A stretch of DNA of 48,354 nt from a virus. Lineage: Duplodnaviria > Caudoviricetes. The notes under the pieces were generated by a model. The model made no database searches and was not told the DNA's origin. It was given only the letters and a program-made list of their open reading frames with translations. The stretch lies in the IMG/VR virus record IMGVR_UViG_3300046789_000072, positions 1 to 48,354 of that record; one strand, given 5' to 3'. Positions 45,081 to 48,354 of the stretch are shown here, piece by piece (within the stretch, counting starts at the first letter, position 1; every line of letters starts with the position of its first letter). The translations under genes and the position numbers were made by a program.

Positions 45081-46804
45081 AGGACAACCGCACGCTCGAC
45101 ATGTTCGCGCCGGTGCTCACGCCCCGGACGACGGTGTGCTCGTTCGAGTCGCTTCGCTGGTACCAGCAGGACGCGGTGCTCTCCATCGAGGCGAGCCTGC
45201 TGAAGCTGCGCAGCACGATGCTGGTGCTCGCCACGGGCCTCGGGAAGACCCAGGTGTTCAGCGTCGTGGCCCACCGCTGGAAGCAGGGCCGCGTGCTGGT
45301 GCTCGCGCACCGCGACGAGCTGGTGACGCAGGCTCGCGATCGCCTCGAGCAGATGACGGGCGAGGCGGTGGAGATCGAGCAGGCGAACCTGCACAGCCAC
45401 AAGGCGCGCATCGTGGTCGGCAGCGTCGCGTCGGTGTACCGTCCGGACCGCCTCGCGCGCTTGCGCAAGAACGGCGAGTTCGGGCTCATCATCATCGACG
45501 AGGCGCACCACGCGGTGAGCGCGACCTACCAGTCTGTGCTCGAGGCCTTCCCGAACGCTCGAGTGCTGGGCGTGACGGCGACACCGGACCGCGCCGACGA
45601 GAAGGCGCTGGGCAAGGTGTTCGACGACACCGCGTACACGATGGACCTGCGCTCGGGCATCGAGCACGGCTACCTCGTGCCCATCAAGGGCAAGGCTGTG
45701 ACGGTGAAGGAGATTGACCTCGACCTGGTGAAGTCGAAGGACGGCGACCTGAGCATCGAGCAGCTCAACGCGAAGACGCTGCCCGGGGTCGAGGGCATCG
45801 TGAAGGGCATGATCCACCACGCGGGCACCCGGCAGGGTGTCATCTTCTTCCCGGGCGTGGAGTGCGCGGAGCTCGCGTGCGAGCGCCTGAACGCCATCAA
45901 GCCGAACAGCGCGGCGTTCGTCAGCGGCGAGACCCCGAAGGACGAGCGGCGGATCATCATGGACCGCTTCAAGCGGGGCGAGTTCCAGTTTCTGAGCAAT
46001 TGTATGGTTGCGACGGAGGGGTTCGACGCGCCGAGTGCGTCGGTGATCGGGCTGGCCCGCCCCACGAAGTCGCGCAGCCTGTACGCGCAGATGGTGGGGC
46101 GCGGCACGCGCACGCTGCCTGGCGTCGTCGAGTCCATCAAGGGCAAGGAGGGCGACGAGGCCCGCCGGCACGCCATCTCCGAGAGCGACAAGCGCGGCTG
46201 CCTCATCGTCGACTTCGTCGGGAACAACACCCGGCACGCGCTCATCACCCCGTACGATCTGCTCGGGGGCGACTACTCCGAGGCCGAGCGCAAGGCAGCG
46301 AAGAAGCTCGCTGAGGAGGAGGGCGAGCTCGACGTGAAGACGGCCCTCGAGCGCGCCCGCGAGCTCATCCAGAAGGAGCTCGAAAGGAAGGCTCGCCAGG
46401 AGGCGCTCAAGAAGGTGCAGTCCAGGGTGAAGTCGGTGAGCCACGAGTTCAATCCGTTCCGCCAGTCGGGCGACGTCGAGCAGCGCGTGCAGAAGTACTC
46501 GACCGAGTACGGGTTCAAGCCCATGTCGCACAAGCAGCGCGACTACCTGCGCGCGAATGGCTTCGCCGAGACCGAGCTCAAGACGATGAGCGCGCGTGCT
46601 GCGACCAAGGTCATCGAGGGGCTGATGGTGCGCAAGAAGCGCGGCATGGTCTCCGAGCGCCAGGCGCGCGAGCTGAGCCGCGCGGGCATCGATGCGCGCA
46701 ACGTGACGGCGAAGGCTGCGCAGAAGCTCATCGAGTACATCATGAAGGGCAACCCGGACCCTGCGGTGATCCGGGCGCTCACGAGCGACGACGAAGAGTT
46801 CTGA
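45077..46804 (+). CDS. Superfamily 2 DExH helicase (575 aa)
   Basis: LRWYQ, ATGLGKT, DEAHH, TATP, EGFD.P, QMVGRGTR. Confidence 0.93.
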   Translation: MKDNRTLDMFAPVLTPRTTVCSFESLRWYQQDAVLSIEASLLKLRSTMLVLATGLGKTQVFSVVAHRWKQGRVLVLAHRDELVTQARDRLEQMTGEAVEIEQANLHSHKARIVVGSVASVYRPDRLARLRKNGEFGLIIIDEAHHAVSATYQSVLEAFPNARVLGVTATPDRADEKALGKVFDDTAYTMDLRSGIEHGYLVPIKGKAVTVKEIDLDLVKSKDGDLSIEQLNAKTLPGVEGIVKGMIHHAGTRQGVIFFPGVECAELACERLNAIKPNSAAFVSGETPKDERRIIMDRFKRGEFQFLSNCMVATEGFDAPSASVIGLARPTKSRSLYAQMVGRGTRTLPGVVESIKGKEGDEARRHAISESDKRGCLIVDFVGNNTRHALITPYDLLGGDYSEAERKAAKKLAEEEGELDVKTALERARELIQKELERKARQEALKKVQSRVKSVSHEFNPFRQSGDVEQRVQKYSTEYGFKPMSHKQRDYLRANGFAETELKTMSARAATKVIEGLMVRKKRGMVSERQARELSRAGIDARNVTAKAAQKLIEYIMKGNPDPAVIRALTSDDEEF

Positions 46805-46847
46805 TGGGGGTTTCCAATGGTGGGGGTACCAACGGAAGGCCACGCGC

Positions 46848-47276
46848 ATGAACCGAGTCATCTTGATTGGACACCTGGGCAAGGACGCAGAGAGCAAGCA
46901 CACGCAGGGAGGGCAGCAGCTCATCAGCTTCAGTCTGGCGACGACGGCGAAGTGGAAGGACGGCAAGGGCGGCAGGCAGGAGCGCACCGAGTGGCATCGG
47001 TGCACCGGCTGGGGGGAGCACTGGAACGGCGTTCTGCCGTACCTGGTGAAGGGCACGAAGGTCGCGGTGGAGGGGGAGGTTCGCTATCGCGAGAGCGAGC
47101 GCGACGGCAAGAAGATCACGTACACGGACATCCACGTGGGCCACGTCGAGCTCCTCAGCACGAGCCGTGGTGGCGCGATGCAGGAGCGGCAGCAGATGGG
47201 GCCGAGCGCGGCTGACAGTAACCGCGGCGCGAAGCCGCAGAAGCAGATGGAGTTCGACGACGACATTCCGTTCTGA
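46848..47276 (+). CDS. ssb: Single-stranded DNA-binding protein
   Basis: NRVILIGHLGKD, FSLAT, TEWH, KG..V.VEG, C-terminal DDDIPF. Confidence 0.96.
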   Translation: MNRVILIGHLGKDAESKHTQGGQQLISFSLATTAKWKDGKGGRQERTEWHRCTGWGEHWNGVLPYLVKGTKVAVEGEVRYRESERDGKKITYTDIHVGHVELLSTSRGGAMQERQQMGPSAADSNRGAKPQKQMEFDDDIPF

Positions 47277-47278
47277 CC

Positions 47279-47506
47279 ATGGGACGCAAGCGCACGACTC
47301 TGGCGAAGCTGGTGGTGCTGCCCAAGAAGCGCAACCTCAGCGAGCCCTGGTGCCACGTGTGTCGAACCCCGAGGCCTGGCGGCGTGGACGCGCCCCTCCC
47401 TCACGGCTGGACCAACCACTGTGTGAACGATCGAAGCTACGAGCGCGGCTACTGGCTCCCTCTCACGTGCTCGGGCGAGTGCAGACTGAAAGGCGGTTTC
47501 CGATGA
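47279..47506 (+). CDS. Small Zn-finger protein
   Basis: CHVC...CSGEC. Confidence 0.55.
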   Translation: MGRKRTTLAKLVVLPKKRNLSEPWCHVCRTPRPGGVDAPLPHGWTNHCVNDRSYERGYWLPLTCSGECRLKGGFR

Positions 47507-47718
47507 GCGATCCGAATGAGAACTACAACCAGTTCGGGCACACACCGTGCCCCCGGTGCGAGTCGCACTTTCGCTTCATGCACTGCGACCACGGCAACAG
47601 CGTGGTGTGCGAAGCGTGCGGGCTCCTCGAGCCGGCGACGCGCAAGAACAGCAGCGAGTACTCGGCGGCTGACCTCGGCGACGAGGACGACCGGCCAACG
47701 CTCCCGCAGGAGGCGTGA
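47503..47718 (+). CDS. Zinc-ribbon protein (71 aa)
   Basis: CPRC...CEACG; ATGA coupling. Confidence 0.65.
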   Translation: MSDPNENYNQFGHTPCPRCESHFRFMHCDHGNSVVCEACGLLEPATRKNSSEYSAADLGDEDDRPTLPQEA

Positions 47719-48233
47719 TGGGACGCCGAGCCGGAGACCTGCCACCCCCGACGGCCCACCCGCCGGGCGCCTGGCTCGCTACGGACGAGGCTGCTACCTA
47801 CGTCCGCTTGACCCCCGCCGGGCTCCGCAAGGCGGTCCTACGGGGGAAGCTGAAGCCGGACGGACGAGGACGTAACGGCGTCTCGATGTTTCGCGCAAGC
47901 ACGCTCGACCGATACATCGAGGGCGGCCTGCCGGGGAGTCACGACGAGGAGTTGGGGAATGGCAAGAGCGAAGACGATAAAGACCAAGTACCCGGGCGTG
48001 TCGCGGCTCGAGGGCGAGCCCGGGAAGTACCGGCTGCGCGGGGAGGTGACGAACGCGAAGAACGGCAAGAAGATGAACCTCGACGCGGTGGTCGAGGCGA
48101 AGGGCGACCGGGAAGCCGCGACCTTGCGCCTGGAGGCCCTCGCAAGGCTCGAGTCCGAGCTGCCCGCCCAGCCCACCGAGCGGGTCCGCCTGTCAGCATA
48201 CGCAGCATCATGGAGTCTGGCGAAAAGGGCTAG
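47715..48233 (+). CDS. Excisionase-like HTH protein, paralogue 1, with a tail overlapping int
   Basis: WLATDEAATYVRLT...LRKAVLRGKL...MFRASTLDRYI. Confidence 0.75.
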   Translation: MMGRRAGDLPPPTAHPPGAWLATDEAATYVRLTPAGLRKAVLRGKLKPDGRGRNGVSMFRASTLDRYIEGGLPGSHDEELGNGKSEDDKDQVPGRVAARGRAREVPAARGGDEREERQEDEPRRGGRGEGRPGSRDLAPGGPRKARVRAARPAHRAGPPVSIRSIMESGEKG

Positions 48234-48354
48234 CCTCAAGAAGTCGACGCGCGACCTGTACGCCGGCTACCTCGACAACGACATCCTGCCCACCATGGGC
48301 GACTACTTCGTGGACGCCATCGAGGGCGATGACCTCGCGCGGTGGCGCGACGCG
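47959..48354 (+). CDS. int: Tyrosine integrase, N-terminal part (MARAKTIKTKYPGVSR...), continues at position 128
   Basis: GAGGAG RBS; open frame through the terminal repeat into ORF 68..1018. Confidence 0.9.
   Translation, partial: MARAKTIKTKYPGVSRLEGEPGKYRLRGEVTNAKNGKKMNLDAVVEAKGDREAATLRLEALARLESELPAQPTERVRLSAYAASWSLAKRASLKKSTRDLYAGYLDNDILPTMGDYFVDAIEGDDLARWRDA
48228..48354. repeat. Terminal direct repeat, copy 2
   Basis: Identical to bases 1-127. Confidence 0.97.

Noticed and set aside
44765-47056. 763-aa minus-strand ORF
   Set aside because: Antisense shadow of the helicase and ssb genes.
47854-47958. Programmed frameshift fusing Xis to Int
   Set aside because: The int frame is open here, but there is no convincing slippery site and int has its own GAGGAG RBS and ATG.
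1-48227. Alternative genetic code
   Set aside because: Genes are intact in the standard code and TGA, TAA and TAG all serve as stops.
48228-48354. 127-bp terminal repeat as biological phage DTR
   Set aside because: It cuts the integrase mid-gene and its length equals a common assembler k-mer, so it is a circularisation overlap.

Overview
The window is a complete circular temperate tailed-phage genome of 48,227 bp. Positions 1-127 are repeated exactly at 48228-48354, which is a typical assembly overlap. It is very GC-rich. The host cannot be read from the sequence; a myxobacterial-type host is only an inference. The genome has two divergent arms that meet at a control region (about 34.3-35.9 kb). 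The minus arm carries a winged-helix protein, RusA, a TerS candidate, TerL, portal, a GroES-like protein, scaffold, decoration and major capsid proteins, a podovirus-type adaptor and nozzle, four beta-helix and two LamG-type adhesins, and ejection proteins. It ends with an XRE regulator operon including a SLOG protein. The plus arm carries small early and anti-defence genes (ArdA-like, DUF2786, an Fe-S protein, a Dam methylase), then ERF, a Cas4-like exonuclease, a ParB-like protein, an SF2 helicase, SSB, a Xis-like protein and a tyrosine integrase that spans the junction. attP is the 3' half of a tRNA-Pro(TGG) gene at 1583-1626, flanked by arm-like repeats. The most unusual signals are: (1) eight covarying hairpins in early-gene spacers that bury each Shine-Dalgarno; (2) two Xis paralogues flanking int, one of which would fall under the host tRNA promoter after integration; (3) a sigma54-type promoter with upstream repeated boxes; (4) an unannotated defensin-motif lipoprotein; (5) an SSB-tail mimic; (6) no recognisable lysis genes. 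All family assignments come from motif recognition by eye, not from database searches.
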